DNA from: Neodothiora populina
Taxonomy: Eukaryota
Assembly (NCBI RefSeq): GCF_041146345.1
Contig: NW_027191411.1
Location: 682,001-746,000 of the forward strand
Reading direction: 5' to 3'
Length of the DNA stretch: 64,000 bases
The position numbers were made by a program, and so were the translations under genes. This document shows positions 1 to 13,206 of the stretch, one piece after another (the first letter of the stretch is position 1; each line of letters opens with the position of its first letter). Below the pieces are notes generated by a model. That model searched no databases. It was not told the origin of the DNA and saw nothing but the letters and a program-made list of their open reading frames with translations.

Positions 1-172
1 AGGAGGAGCAACAGCAGCAGATGTCGGGACAGAAGCTGGCGTTGGTGCCTGAGCTGGTGTCGATGCCGGAGCTTGAAGTGGTTGTGGAGCTTGCGGCTGC
101 TGCTGTTGTTGTATTGACTGGGTCACTTGAGCCGCTGGCGCAGACATTTGAACTTGGGCCTGAGGCTGATGC

Positions 173-208
<36 letters not shown>

Positions 209-2904
209 ACATCGCCGCTGGCCAGAGCCTGCGCCTGAGACCTGGCAATGGGCTGTTGAGCCAACTGAGCCCTCTGTCTCTCCATCATCAACTTTTGCTG
301 TTCGGACGTCATACTCGTGTGGAAACCGCTGGGACCTAGTGCTGAAGGCGTTTGTGGTCCCTGCGGTTGTTGGTTCGTGACCGGGGTTGCGCGACCAGAA
401 TTGCTTGTTGCTTGCTGCTGCTGTTGTTGATGTTGGGGCGTTGGTGCATGGGGACCCTGGCTGTTCATTCGCGGCTGCGGCGGCGCCTGGGGTTGGCTGT
501 TGGGTCTTTGCGGCACGTACTGAGCTGGCGTGGGGGCCGCCGCAGTGTTGTTGTATCCTGATCTGTTTTGAGCTACATTGTGTTGCTGGTTGTAGGAAGG
601 CGTGGCGTTGTGATTATATGCGGTCGTGTTGCGAAATTGTGTCTGTTGCCCGCCGTAGCCTCCTGGCGTCTGTGCGGATGGCTGCTGTGGTGTGGATTGA
701 GGATTGAATCCACTGCCATAGTTATACCCGGACCGATAGGCTGGTTGACCATTCGTCTGGCCAAACGACGAAGGACGGCTGACTGTGTTGGGATAGTTAG
801 GCCCTTGAGCATAGGACGGACGTCCATTCGTCGCCGCAGGTGTATTGAAACTCTGCGCCACAGTGGACCGATTGAAGCCGGTCGCCGGAGTTCTCGCACT
901 GGCATATGTGTTGGAAGCGCGCGCAGCGGACGGAGTCCGGCCGTAGGACGAGTTCTTGAACTCTGTGGATTGGCGAACCGAAGAGGCTGGACCTGCAGCG
1001 GCTTGCATTGCAGCCGAGCTTCGGATGATACGAGTGAGCTGGTCCTCCTCCATGCTTCCCTTGACCTCCTTTCCTTGAATGATCATGGTCCTGCTGACGG
1101 TTAGATCTTCGAGCTGTTCGCCATCCAGCTTAGCGACAGCGTAGGGAGGGAGCTTGGAAATGATCTGAGCGAGTTGTGACCGGAGAGCTTTGTATACGGT
1201 GGTCTCGTCCTTGGTAGGCTCGGTCGGGGTGCCCATGGTGTATGACAGTGCGGGGCTGGGGCTGGTAGGATTGCGCATGGTCGAAGGAGTAATGTATGAG
1301 TTACGTATGCGCTGATAGCCAGATAGAGTCTCGATGAGAGCGGAGACATGACTCAGCATCTGATCAACGGAGCGCTGCTCGTCATCGTTGATCGTCGTGA
1401 CGAGGCTATCAGCGTTGAAAGCTGCCTGATCGAAATTGTCGACTGCTTCCTGCATTTCCTTCATCTCATCGACACTTCCCAAAGTAGCGGCAGGCTCCTC
1501 GACGGCCATACTGTCGGTCGTGTCATCCGGCGAAGGGAAGGCGTTTGCCAGATCCGGGTCAAGGACGAAACGTTTATCAAAACGCTTCTGGCCCAACTTG
1601 TGCCACCAAACCCGGTCCCTGATCTCGTCAGACACAATGGCCTTGGAATTGTCGACTGTCGGAGCAAAGTTGGAATAGGCGGCTTTGAAGAGGGCCTCCT
1701 CCTGCGCAATGATTTCGGCAGGAGACATGTCTTCGATGGCCTTGACTGGAGGAGCGCTGGCGACAATGCTCTCCCTCCTCCTTCGCTTGATGATAGCCGA
1801 AGTATCCTTGTCAGCATCACGCGCAGCATAGTCGAGCCATGAACCAACATTCAGTGGTTGCATGGTATAAGCATTCTTTCGAGAGGGCTTGGGCAGGGCG
1901 GAATCCCCCGTAATCCAAGAAATGCTCGCGCTTCTCGTCGACTGCTTGGGTTTCGGAGGGTTGAGAGGAGCCAAAGTTGCAGGGGGTGGGAAGACGTCCG
2001 CAAAGGTGGGCTGCTTTGGCCTGTTTCCCAAGGCAATTTCGGGATCCAAAGGCATGACCTTGGTGGCGTTGAGGATGTTCGGAAGACCCAGCTCTTCGAG
2101 GTCGAGGTCGATGCCATCTGCCTTGACATCCTCATGGGTGCTTGGGTGTTGGAAGCTGGAGAAGAGTTGTCTCGGCGTAGGCGCATTGCCAAACAAGGTC
2201 AGCACGGTGTGTCCCGGTGGGGCAGTGACGGCGGACGAGGTCTGCGTGGGTTCGTCCTTGACGTGGCCGTTGACGGCAGCGATCGCTCCTTTGGCATCTT
2301 TCTTGCTACCCTCTCTGATCAAGGTGGCGGTGCTGAGGTGCTGGAAGGCCATGACGCGCTGCATGATCTTGATGTCCTCTGGTGGCGGTCGCGTGGCATT
2401 GTTCTCGCGCTCTTTGGTCTTGATAGATTCGATGATGGATGCGCAGACTTGGACAATGTCGTGTTGGATCTCGGCGAGGGAGAGGTAAACACCATTCTGG
2501 ATTCTGGAGGAGATTGTGTCGAAGGACTGTTCGTCATTCACTCTGGCGCGCTTTGCGACTGGCGCGTCGTTGGACCGTGGCTCGGGCAGTTTGTGATCGA
2601 GGATAGAAGGGGTGGTGTCATATCTGGGCTGTGGTCAGAATTATGCGCATGATGGAATGGGTTGGTGGACTGACTCCTTGAAGACGTCAAGAATGTCCAG
2701 ATGGAAAGGGTTTATTTCCAGTGGTTTTGATGGGGATAATCCATGTCCATTTAGTTCTTGTTGTGGCTCATGTCTTCGCTCAGCTGCTGGCGATTGCGAC
2801 CGACTCCCTGATCGCTTTCGTTTGGTGCCTGAATAAGTGCCTGAGAGGGCAGGCGGGGCGTGTTGTGCCGTGGGCAACGTCAGGATGCCGTTTGTGGTAT
2901 TCAT
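1..2904 (-). CDS. Conserved Pezizomycotina hypothetical protein, probably nuclear, with Q/P-rich C-terminus; 3' end runs off the window
   Basis: ATG 2904; intron 2674-2624 (GTCAGT...CTGAC...CAG); exon 2 open to position 1. Has a KRKR motif and globular blocks (VLTLFGNAPTPRQLFSSFQ, LFKAAYSNFAPTVDNSKA, LPPYAVAKLDGEQL). Confidence 0.75.
175..207 (-). repeat. (CAG)10 microsatellite encoding a Q11 tract
   Basis: (CTG)10 TTG on the + strand; reads CAA(CAG)10 in the frame of the minus-strand gene. Confidence 0.9.
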
Positions 2905-3807
2905 GACTTTTTTTTGGTGGTGAGGAGAGAGATACACCTCAATAATGAATCCAAGACCGAACGCGCCAGCTTCAGGCGCAGGACACGACAAGGGCACGGC
3001 AGGGCAAGGGCTGGCGTGACGGAGACGCGACTTGACTCCTGGAGTGTTTGATCAAGCTGGAAGTGAAGAATAATCCCGAGAGGCTGCGCTTTGTGCTTTC
3101 CACTGCACCGACTGCACCGAAAATGAAATGATGCTCTTGGATGAACTCCAGGATTCGCGCTGCCACGCTTCCACACGTCGTTTGGTGGCTAGCAGGTATT
3201 GTTTTATGAGCTAAAGTCCTATACACGGCAGAGTCGGCGAAGAAAAAAGCCCCGTTGTCGCGCACAGCTTGTCTTGATGCGAGATACAAGTACAGCTCAG
3301 TACAAGATTTGTTGGGGAAAAGAAACGCCAATCTCCAAGGCAACGTCGAATGTAATAATGGCGAGGATTATGGAATGAATATACAAAGGTATACCTTCTC
3401 TCTGATCCAACAGGTCTCTCCGATCCACCATTGACATGCAGCAAGGGACCAAGGTAAGGTAATCATGCTAGCAATAATGCCAGTCTCGGTACCCTAATAA
3501 TGATGGCCCGCCCCTTCGCTCTTCTGGTCAAACGGCAGAATGCGCAATTCGGATAACTCCCGAGCAAACCCTGCAGACTCAAGACAAATAACGACAACTA
3601 ACGACAAATAAAGACAAATAAAGACAAATAACTAAAGAACAGATGATTATTGCTGTTGCTGACCCGACTACTCCATGTTTGCACCCGTGTTTGCATCATA
3701 GTTTTGCTTCCCTCTCCCATATCACCATGTACTTGTCCAGACACGCCCACTCCCTCGCCCTCTCGCAGCTCCTTGACTTGTCTCAACTCTGGTCTGTCTG
3801 TCAATGA

Positions 3808-6800
3808 ATGCCACTTGCTTGTCCAACTTCTCCCTTTCCACGGGTTGGTCAGGCATCTGTCAATCGCAATGTATCGTGCCGGACGGAGCTGTGGCTACAG
3901 CAGCAGCTGAGTCAATTGTCACACCAGGGAAGAGCCTCTGCTTCTGCCTCTCGGCCCATTCATAGGCATTACTCTCCCTCACTTTTACGCCTTTGGCCAC
4001 GGCGCTGCTCCTCCACCACCACCCTCACTGCTCTCCCAGCACCTTTCAGAGCTCGGTCTTCAGAGCCACGAGCCTATGCAACTCACCAACCAAGCAAGAC
4101 TTGGCGAGCACGCGCTCCCTCTGCAAAGATCAGGCGTGGCGATGCGCTGCAGCAAGCCTTGATCTACGCCTCGGACCGTGGCCGAGCTCCGCTTTTCCAC
4201 TTCAATGCGTCTGATATCTCCTTTACCGACAAGCGTCCTGCTCTTCGCCAACAAGTCCCTCGTGAGCCTGATCCCTTGGTCTACCTCAGTGGCTCCTCCC
4301 CTCTGAAAGCTCTGCTCGCGAAGCACATCATCACGAGGACCCGCTCTGCTGTCCGAGATCCTTCCGTCGACTTCTCCTCTCTCTTTATCGAAACCCAGAC
4401 CCCTGGAGACGACCTCTGCTTGACCAAGAATGGCTATGATTCTGTTGACCTGCAGACCTGGATCAGCGTTCTCACCGCATTCGACTCGGCTCGCGCCACT
4501 CGCCTACTTCTTGGTGTTTCCACCGTGCAGCAATCCGACCATGTTCCGGCCACCAGAGTGCCCGCTTTCGTCCTCCTTGCTTTCCTCCGTCGCCATCACA
4601 TCTCCGCCGAGGCATTCCGCCTGCTGGTCGAACACATGCATGTGTGCTATCATGCTATGACTTCGGTCGGTACCACAGCGCAAGAGCAAGCACTTGTAAA
4701 CACTCCCCGGATGTCAAAGGACGTCGAGACCCACGTCTTCCGCTTCTACATCAGGTTACTCCGCCACGCGCGTCTCGTGTGGCCCGAGGTCATGCCCGCC
4801 ATGACCGAGGCCCTTGTCGGGTTCATGCGTCTGTCACCCACCGCAGAACAGCTCGATTCTGAGGGAGACGCCCCTGCCGAAGCCCTTTCGAGATTGACTG
4901 GCTTGCTCAATCGCGCTCTCTATCTCATTTCCCATCCCGCCGCAGTCGAGCCTTACAAAAGCGCCGTCTTTCAGGAATCCGCCCAGGCCGTCATACTGAG
5001 ACACATGGCCGAACACGATCCGCCGCTGTCCATAACAAGAGAAGGCTACCGGGGCGTATTGAGTGTACAACTCGTCCACTGCAAGACCCTCGATGAGATG
5101 GAGTGGGCGAGACTCAAAGCTCCCTCGTGGCCGCCGTGGAAAGAGGATCGTACTGGTATGGACGCCGACATCGGCTTGGAGTACGGAATCAGTCGCGCGC
5201 ACCACGTCTTGAACAGGATGCAGGAAGCTGGTTACGCCATGCAAGACTGGGAAAGTACCGCTCTAATCTATTCGGGCTGGGACCTGGATATGAGTCCGAC
5301 AATCCAGACCAGGGCCCTCATGCCACAAGCTTCGCATCAGGGAGACAAGTCCCAAGTATGGGCCGCTCGCATAAAAAGCACCCGCACTGTACACGAAGCC
5401 TGGGCCGCCTTCCTTTCCTGCGAGGACCAAGGTCTGGACTTGAATCAAGACGTCTATCTTGCCATGTTTGAGAAGGTCGTCGAAGAGCGAAAGCGTTTGA
5501 GATTGGGACAGGCCCATCATGCTCGTCTGTCAAATTCGGTGCCAGAGCGACGTCCGATGTACCCAGGCGACTTGAAAGAGGTCTTTCCTCCTCCGCCTTC
5601 AATACATCAAGCTGTATACACCAAGACACCGCCACCATCCCTCGACGACTTGCATCAGCGCATGCAGCAACAAGGACTACGACCCTGTGGCCGGACCCTT
5701 GCATTCCTGGTCAACAATGCCACCAGCCTAGAGGAAGGATTCAACTACCTCGAGTCTGCCGGCCCCGAGTATCGAAAATTTGTTGACACCCTTGTGCATG
5801 ATCCTTCTCTAGCCGAGGGCCAACTGCCGAAACTGGATTTCGTCTCGGATGTCGTGTTAGCTTCTGTCGTCAGACTTTTGACTCGTTTCCCCAATTCCAT
5901 GGTGCAGAAGAATTTTCGAGGCATCTATAAACATGGGCATAACAGTGTCGACCTACGCCGAACTATTGGGATTGCATTGTTTTTGTTGGACCAAGAGCGT
6001 CGTCAGTATCGCCCAGCCTGGACCAACCTATTACGAGGCCTCGCACGGCCCAAGGCACCAACCACCATGTTCACACACGCTGCACCTAGCGATAGGAACA
6101 CTGGAGACAACTTGAAGACGGTAACCAGGAGCATGGACGCCTATCAAGATGCGAAACATGTAGTGTCGATGATGCGCGGACTAGACATGTATCTTGACAT
6201 ACTCAGCTTCGGTAGTCTATGCCTCATCACTCAGCATGCTGCTTCGGCTGCTTCATGGACCATTGCTCGATCGGAGAAAAGCCAGCGCAACACGTCCATC
6301 GCTGAAGCCCCGTCAGAGAACGACAGCGGTGATCTTCTCCGAGCTCATGCTCTTGCACATGCGATCGGTCAGGACTCCGCGTACATATGTTCGCAATTCT
6401 GGACTCTGGTCGGCTATCAGTCTCGCCCTTCTACCCCTGCATCGCTCCACACACGAGGTCCTGAAATAGCGACGCGTCTGCCCAGACTGTTAGCTATGCC
6501 GTCTCCTGCTGTTGTCCATGCATACATTCGTGCTCTCGGTATCTTGCGCGGCTACGATGAGTTGTCCGAGCTGATGCACTGGATGAGGGATCATTGGGAA
6601 GAATATAGCAAGCGCACCCAACTCGACAGAAACGGCTTCATGATGCTTAGACGATGTCTTGTGGCGCTTCGTGTCTTCCTCGAAGGTCGATTAGATGGCG
6701 ATGCGCGAAGTGCACCAAAAGAATATCTCGCTGCTGTCCGCCAGGTCGTTGAAAGTGTGGAAGCATGGAATGGTTGGGCATCCGATGAAGAGGTCGAAGC

Positions 6801-6849
6801 ATATATCCAGAAGCCTACGCCAAGCCTTGATGACCAAAGCGGCGATTGA
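3808..6849 (+). CDS. 1013-aa alpha-helical protein, probably mitochondrial PPR-like
   Basis: Long intronless ORF with an R/S-rich presequence-like N-terminus and PPR-like helical segments (WAARIKSTRTVHEAWAAF, VHAYIRALGILRGYDELSELMHWM). The gene is secure; the family call is inference. Confidence 0.6.
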   Translation: MPLACPTSPFPRVGQASVNRNVSCRTELWLQQQLSQLSHQGRASASASRPIHRHYSPSLLRLWPRRCSSTTTLTALPAPFRARSSEPRAYATHQPSKTWRARAPSAKIRRGDALQQALIYASDRGRAPLFHFNASDISFTDKRPALRQQVPREPDPLVYLSGSSPLKALLAKHIITRTRSAVRDPSVDFSSLFIETQTPGDDLCLTKNGYDSVDLQTWISVLTAFDSARATRLLLGVSTVQQSDHVPATRVPAFVLLAFLRRHHISAEAFRLLVEHMHVCYHAMTSVGTTAQEQALVNTPRMSKDVETHVFRFYIRLLRHARLVWPEVMPAMTEALVGFMRLSPTAEQLDSEGDAPAEALSRLTGLLNRALYLISHPAAVEPYKSAVFQESAQAVILRHMAEHDPPLSITREGYRGVLSVQLVHCKTLDEMEWARLKAPSWPPWKEDRTGMDADIGLEYGISRAHHVLNRMQEAGYAMQDWESTALIYSGWDLDMSPTIQTRALMPQASHQGDKSQVWAARIKSTRTVHEAWAAFLSCEDQGLDLNQDVYLAMFEKVVEERKRLRLGQAHHARLSNSVPERRPMYPGDLKEVFPPPPSIHQAVYTKTPPPSLDDLHQRMQQQGLRPCGRTLAFLVNNATSLEEGFNYLESAGPEYRKFVDTLVHDPSLAEGQLPKLDFVSDVVLASVVRLLTRFPNSMVQKNFRGIYKHGHNSVDLRRTIGIALFLLDQERRQYRPAWTNLLRGLARPKAPTTMFTHAAPSDRNTGDNLKTVTRSMDAYQDAKHVVSMMRGLDMYLDILSFGSLCLITQHAASAASWTIARSEKSQRNTSIAEAPSENDSGDLLRAHALAHAIGQDSAYICSQFWTLVGYQSRPSTPASLHTRGPEIATRLPRLLAMPSPAVVHAYIRALGILRGYDELSELMHWMRDHWEEYSKRTQLDRNGFMMLRRCLVALRVFLEGRLDGDARSAPKEYLAAVRQVVESVEAWNGWASDEEVEAYIQKPTPSLDDQSGD

Positions 6850-7393
6850 AACATACCATTTCAATTCGATGTAAATATTGGAACCATATTACGACAAAAA
6901 GCAGCAAACAACAAAAGCAGCCACTAATACAAAAGTCTCGAGTCTTCAATTCAGAAGACCATAATCCAAAGTTCTCACTCGAAAGTCCTTACTGTACAAG
7001 TGCTCGTGACACACAAGCGCGGGGCATAACCCCACTTGATCTACTGTTTGCACGCACCATGCGATCAACCTCTCTTCCTGGTCCAACATAAAACTGCTTC
7101 AGAAGCCACACAATCACAAAAGTCCTGACTAAAGTATGCGAGATGATGCTATTACAGACTTATGCATGACGGCATTTGCCATAGCGAATATGTTGATCCG
7201 GAAAATTACTCCTTTATACCCCTCACCTGGGTCATGCATATCACCCGGATCTTCAACCTTCCTCACGTGGGCTAGATATATATCACGGAGATCAATGTAA
7301 GGAACCGATCGTAGGTCGCCTTGTGAGCTCTCATAGTCTCTTCTCTCAGTGCTGTCAGTTGTTCGAGTTCTTCGTTATTATAGCAAGTGACTC

Positions 7394-9970
7394 ATGCATG
7401 CTTCCCTCGCGATGGTACCCAAGTCCTGGATTGCAGCTGTCGTCCATGCATGCTTTCTATGTTGTTGTGTAAGTGCGAAACGCCTTTGGTCAAGTCAGCC
7501 CGCAAGCTTCAACGACATCATCAAGACCGCGTTTCCTATAGGCAATGGCCAACTAGCTGGTATGCATCTTCCATTCATCGCCTCGTCTTCGAAGCCTAAG
7601 TAGAACCAGCCCTGCCCTTTGGAAAACCAGGACATGAGAAATTCAGTCTGAACAGAGACTCGCTATGGAGTGGTGGTCCCTTTGAAAATGCAAGCTACGA
7701 TGGAGGCAACCCGTCAGCACCTGTTGCCTCGGCATTACCAGGAATCAGAGATAGGATCTTCCGTAATGGAACAGGCAACGTTTCTGCTCTGATGGGTAGT
7801 GACGATAATTACGGCAGCTATTACGTGCTCGGAAATCTCTCGGTCTCTATACAGAGCGTCTCGAATGCCACCAACTACAAACGTTCGCTCGACCTGCATA
7901 CAGGTATCCATACGACGACATTCCACACGGCAAACGCTTCCTTCACCAGGTAGTCTTTTCACACTTCTCCAACTTTCTGATTGGTGCTGATCCTCACTAG
8001 CCAGGTGTTTTGTTCCTGTCCGGACAGTGTTTGCGTATATAGGATCGCGTCCACAGTACAACTACCACCAGTGGACATCGTGTTTACAAATGAGCAAGCA
8101 AACGCATCTCTGGTCAGGGCTTCGTGCTCGCACTCGACCCAATCAGCACGTTTCAGAGGAACCACACAAGCTGATATCGGCATGGTATATGCTGCTGAAG
8201 CTCGTGTGATTGGGTCAACAGGCAACATTACTTGCCACAACGAGACAGGAACCTTGCATGTCGTACCGTCGTCACAGTCCTTGACCTTAGTGATCGCAGC
8301 GGGGACGGATTACGATGAAACCAAAGGTACTCCTGCTACGGACTACTCCTTCAAAGGACTTGACCCTACTGCGTACGTTGCTTCAACGGCCGCAAGCGCT
8401 GCTGCACAAGCATTCCCACGACTCATGAATAAGCACGTCAGCGACTTTACAAGTCTAAGCTCGAAGTTCAGTCTTGAGCTGCCAGACCCCCTTAGATCAG
8501 CTGGCAAAGAAACTGCAGATTTGATCGCAGCTTACAATCAAACCGAAGGGCCACACAGCGACCCCTATCTTGAGAGTCTTCAATTTGAATATGGCCGTTA
8601 CCTGTTCATCTCGTCTTCACGCGACAAGTCCCTACCACCAAATCTTCAAGGAAAGTGGGCTTATGGCATTGGAAACGCCTGGGGCGCTGACTACCATGCC
8701 AATATCAATATTCAGATGAATCATTGGGGTATTGATGCGACTGGCTTAGGAGATTTGCAAAAGGCACTCTGGACATACATGAACGAGACTTGGGCGCCTC
8801 GGGGCTCAGAGACGGCAAGACTTCTATATGATGCGCCAGGATGGGTGACGCATGACGAGATGAACATTTTCGGACATACAGGCATGAAGACAGGGGACGA
8901 ATACTGGGCGAATTACCCTGCGAGTGCTGCATGGATGATGCTGCATGTAGCCGACCATTATGATTACTCTCAGGATGTGAACTGGCTGGGAGAAGTCGGC
9001 TACCCAATGTTGAAAGCGATTTCGCAGTTCTGGCTCAGTCAGTTGCAGAAGGACCGGTACTTCCATGATGGATCACTCGTGGTCAACCCTTGTTCTTCAC
9101 CTGAACATGGACTGGTACGTGTGCTCTCTCGAAGTTTGATAGCAAGTTGCTGACATGTTCTGAAAGACGACGTTTGGCTGCACCCATTATCAACAGCTTC
9201 TGCATTCTCTTTTCATCAATACTCTCAGTGCCGCCACCAAGCTAGCCGATACAGACGACGATCTCACCTCCTCACTCAAATCGACCTTGACGACCCTAGA
9301 CAAAGGGTTTCACATAGGTACCTGGGGTCAAGTCCAAGAATGGAAAATTGACATGGACGTCCAGAACGACACGCACCGTCACCTTTCCCATCTCATAGGA
9401 TGGTATCCCGGCTCATCCCTCTCCTCATACCTCAACGGCTACAGCACTGGCTATGGCAGTAACAACGACACCACAAACACAACATCTGTCGCCTCTGCCG
9501 TCCACACATCTCTCCTCTCCCGCGGTCCGGGAATCGCAGACGCAAACGCCGGCTGGGAGAAAGTCTGGCGCGCAGCATGCTGGGCTCGCCTCAACGACAG
9601 CTTATCAGCATACGGCGAACTCCAGCTCACGTTGGCTCAAAACATGGCGCCGAACCTGTTGAGTATGTACAGTGGGCACAACGAGCCGTTCCAGATCGAC
9701 GCTAATTTCGGGTTCGTGGGCGCGATTCTGAGTATGCTTGTTGTGGATCTGCCGGAGCCGCATGGGTTCGTTGGCACGAGGGTTGTCGTCATGGGTCCTG
9801 CTATTCCCACAGCGTGGGGAGGAGGCAGTGTGAAGGGTTTGCGACTGAGGGGCGGAGGAGAGGTGGACTTCGAGTGGGATGCAGACGGAATAGTGACGAG
9901 TGCGAGGTGGGCGAAAGCCAGTAGACAAGCAGTGACGGTGGTGAATGTCAGGGACGAAGTGCTGCTGTAG
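7394..9970 (+). CDS. Secreted glycoside hydrolase family 95 (alpha-L-fucosidase)
   Basis: Signal peptide; motifs FPIGNGQL, SLWSGGP, QFEYGRYLFISSSR, PNLQGKW, DYHANINIQMNHW, HRHLSHL, PFQIDANFG. Introns 7560-7609, 7950-8000, 9115-9166. Start could be 7412. Confidence 0.93.
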
Positions 9971-12900
9971 CCTCTTTTCTTGTCTCTCATCCTCGTGACA
10001 AATCTAATACAGAGAACCTTCGACCAAATCCCAGATCTAGAGAGCAAGAGAAATAGCTACATTCTCATCAACACCTCGTTCCTATGAACATGAGCTCTGC
10101 ATACAAGAAAAGGTTAACCTAGTTATTACTCAAGAACTATCCACATGCACACCTAAGCCATCCCTCTTATCTCCCACTCATGGAAGAAATCTCCCACACC
10201 AAAAAGACAAGACCAACTTCACCTTGACCCCCTCTCCATCATCTTTCTCGAGTCCCAGCTGCAGCTCCTCCGCAGCCAACCTCCGTACTAATCCTCGAGA
10301 AGATAACAAACAAGAACCCAGAACGACGCGATCGAGAAAATAGGCAAGATCGTCCACCAGCTCTTACTACCCTCCTCACATGAAGCACACAAGAAGAGGA
10401 ACGGAAAAGTGAGAAGGACCGTACCCGACGCGAAGAAAGAGTGGCACGAAGAGAACCCGGGGAGGCAAAGAGCGGAGATGGGAATCGATATATCGGGAGT
10501 CACGGAGAGGTGAAAGGGTAGAAGTACCTTACGCAAAACACAAGAGGTGCGAAAGGCGAGGACGCCGATCTGTCTACATAATTCGCCTTGCGTGCAATGT
10601 ACGAGATACAAACACAGGCAAGGTAATATAGACGAGAAATGACGGTATGCACTTGCTGCATTGTCCACGAGGCAAGGCAATGCAAGGCAAGGTAATGCAT
10701 CATCTCCTTGTACCGATATGTCACTGTCACTCTCCGGCAAGTTACCGAGTAAACCGTCGAAAGTGCGGGGGACGAAGGGGGAAAAAGACGGGTAAGGTAA
10801 GGTTATTGCGGAAGTAGGTAATTCGGTAGATAAGTATTTCCTCTTCTTGGTCCTGCTGGATTTGCTTTATTTGTTTGTACTGTGGTTCCTTTTGTACGAT
10901 CTCGCGATCTGGGTACTGTTTACTGTTATGATGAGGTACTTTGGTCTGATCCCTGGGTTTGGGGCAGATGAAGAGGTCGGGTCTGTGTATCATGTAGGAG
11001 GTATGAAACCATTATTGTGTTTCGGGTAGAGATCATAATCAGACTGTAGGCTGTAGACTCGTAGATGGATAATGGCTGGGTTCCTTTATTCGGACGCCAC
11101 GACACTCGATGATTTGGGCAGCATGTCCTTGCTCAGCCTCATGACACAAACACAGGCTCAGCTCATCCCAGTTCGATATCTTGGGCAACTAAGATCTGCT
11201 CAAGCACTTTCGGGAGTTTTTCACCAACTTGGCGATCCGGTGCAAGTCCTGGGAGATTTCCAGGCTCCGCTGTTCCTGTGTTTCCTTTTGGTTGCGTGGC
11301 TGGAGGGTGACCAGAAGAGAAGAGGAGCTTTTGTAGGTTTGACCGTGGGTATACAGGCGGAAGGGTTTCAGGCTGTGACATTCGGGCTCGTGGCTTGATT
11401 GGGATATAATCATGTACCTCAAACTATCTGAGGGGAAATGAAAGGAGTCGAGCTTTTGTTTACTACTTGGCATAACTCCGCTATATGCATTCCGCGGTAT
11501 AGAGAAAGCTAGGTTAGTTCTCTTCATGAAGGTTGGCAACGATTCCCTTCCAAGGTGCACTCGAACAGCAGAGACTAGCGCGAGATCTCAACACGCGGAA
11601 ACGCAGCAAGGCGCCTAGATCAAGATGGAGTCAAGCATCATTTTCAGAAATGTTCATATCAAGCTAGGCATCCGACGGTCAAAGATCTGGGAAAGCAGCA
11701 ACTCCGCGTCAAGGCTCGCATCGCGGTGCCGAATAGTCGCGATTGCTCTCCCGGATAGATGTTCATCGTATACAAAGGTAGTACTTGTACGAAATAAGGT
11801 AGCCAAGACGAGGTAGGTGCAAGCTTAAAGTCGAAGACGCGTGGGGTAAGGTAGGGGGAAGACGTACGCAGATACGGAAACCTTACTATGATAATGTACT
11901 GTGTACTATACTTGTACTGAGCGAAAGCGGGAAGTACATTAATGGCCTTGCTGACCCTCAGCGGTGCGTCCAGATGTAGGGCTAGATATCTACAAGTACT
12001 TTCTACTTCCATCTTGATCTGCATCTACGTACGGATGAATTCGGCCCCTATTCACGATGATCAAAGATGTGTAATTCAGACGTGCCTCCGGCGTTCTTCC
12101 AATTCGCGTACATGGAAACAATACATGGAAACAAGACATCATGTCATAAGCAGTATGTTTGCGACTCGGAGCAACGGGCTGTCATCGTTTGAAAGAATGA
12201 CACACGTATGCGGCTCAAGCATCCAAGAGAGAGGCAATCTTGTCTTTCATATACCCGACCAACCGTGGACCAGTGACACCTCTAACCGATTCGTCGGATT
12301 GCAGTCGGATTAGAGTTTCTTGATGCAACGCTGTCAAGTCGAGCCACGCATGCATATGCACATATCCAGATACAAGAGATACCTTGGGTATCTTGTCTAT
12401 GCAGATTTAGAAGCAAACACAAAAGCTCAGGTATGCCTGTATATCGCAAATGAATCTCAAAAATGATGAAAGGAGCGGTATGCCCTTGTGGTATACAAGA
12501 CACCGTTAGCCGCGCGGGGAAGGGAAGGCGTCGACGACGGTGACATGCTACGGGGAGAACCGTTAGAAACGGAAGGCGTTGATCAAGTGTTTGGCGGTGA
12601 CAGCATCCTTCTTGTACGTACTGTACGAGAACCCTTGTATGTCAAGACCATCTTACGGGCTGTTCGGGAACGGGCTTTCTCGACGGCATCCCAACCCGCC
12701 GGTCGAGATCTGCGGAGAAGATGGCTTTTTTTACCCTTGTATCTTGAGAATGCTGGACGTTTCTTCCGGGAAGCGAATGCGATGGTGATTCGATTGGCCA
12801 GTTCAGTCAGATGAGCTGGGCTAACATAAGGCAGTGTAGACATGTAGACTTTATCCTTGTTACTGGCTTTCCCCCTTCCTCCATACCCCATGATTGGATC

Positions 12901-13206
12901 GCCGCGCCTCGTGCGCCATTTGACTCTGGTGTTTATTGAGCTGGACTAGACCACCCGACCAGTATACGAAGTAGTGCGTAACGGGAGCGAAATGGTAGGT
13001 TGACTTGTGTATACATACATGTTCGATGATCCCTTTCATCCACACTTGCTTCCCTTTCCCGATTTGTGGTTTAAAGTGTTGCCTCACATGTCTATATAAT
13101 TTTCTTGACCTGCTCAATCATACACGAAAGGTGTCGTCAAGATTAGCAGAGGACGGAGCACGTTGAGATAGAAAAGCTACCAATAGACCATGACTGGGCC
13201 ACCATC

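Noticed and set aside
1348..2652. Long + strand ORFs (164-264 aa)
   Set aside because: Antisense shadows of the real minus-strand gene, most in codon register with it.
10100..12100. Short minus-strand ORFs, one hydrophobic, plus a small AGGCA repeat near 10670-10692
   Set aside because: No consistent exon model without several frameshifts, and no recognisable domain.
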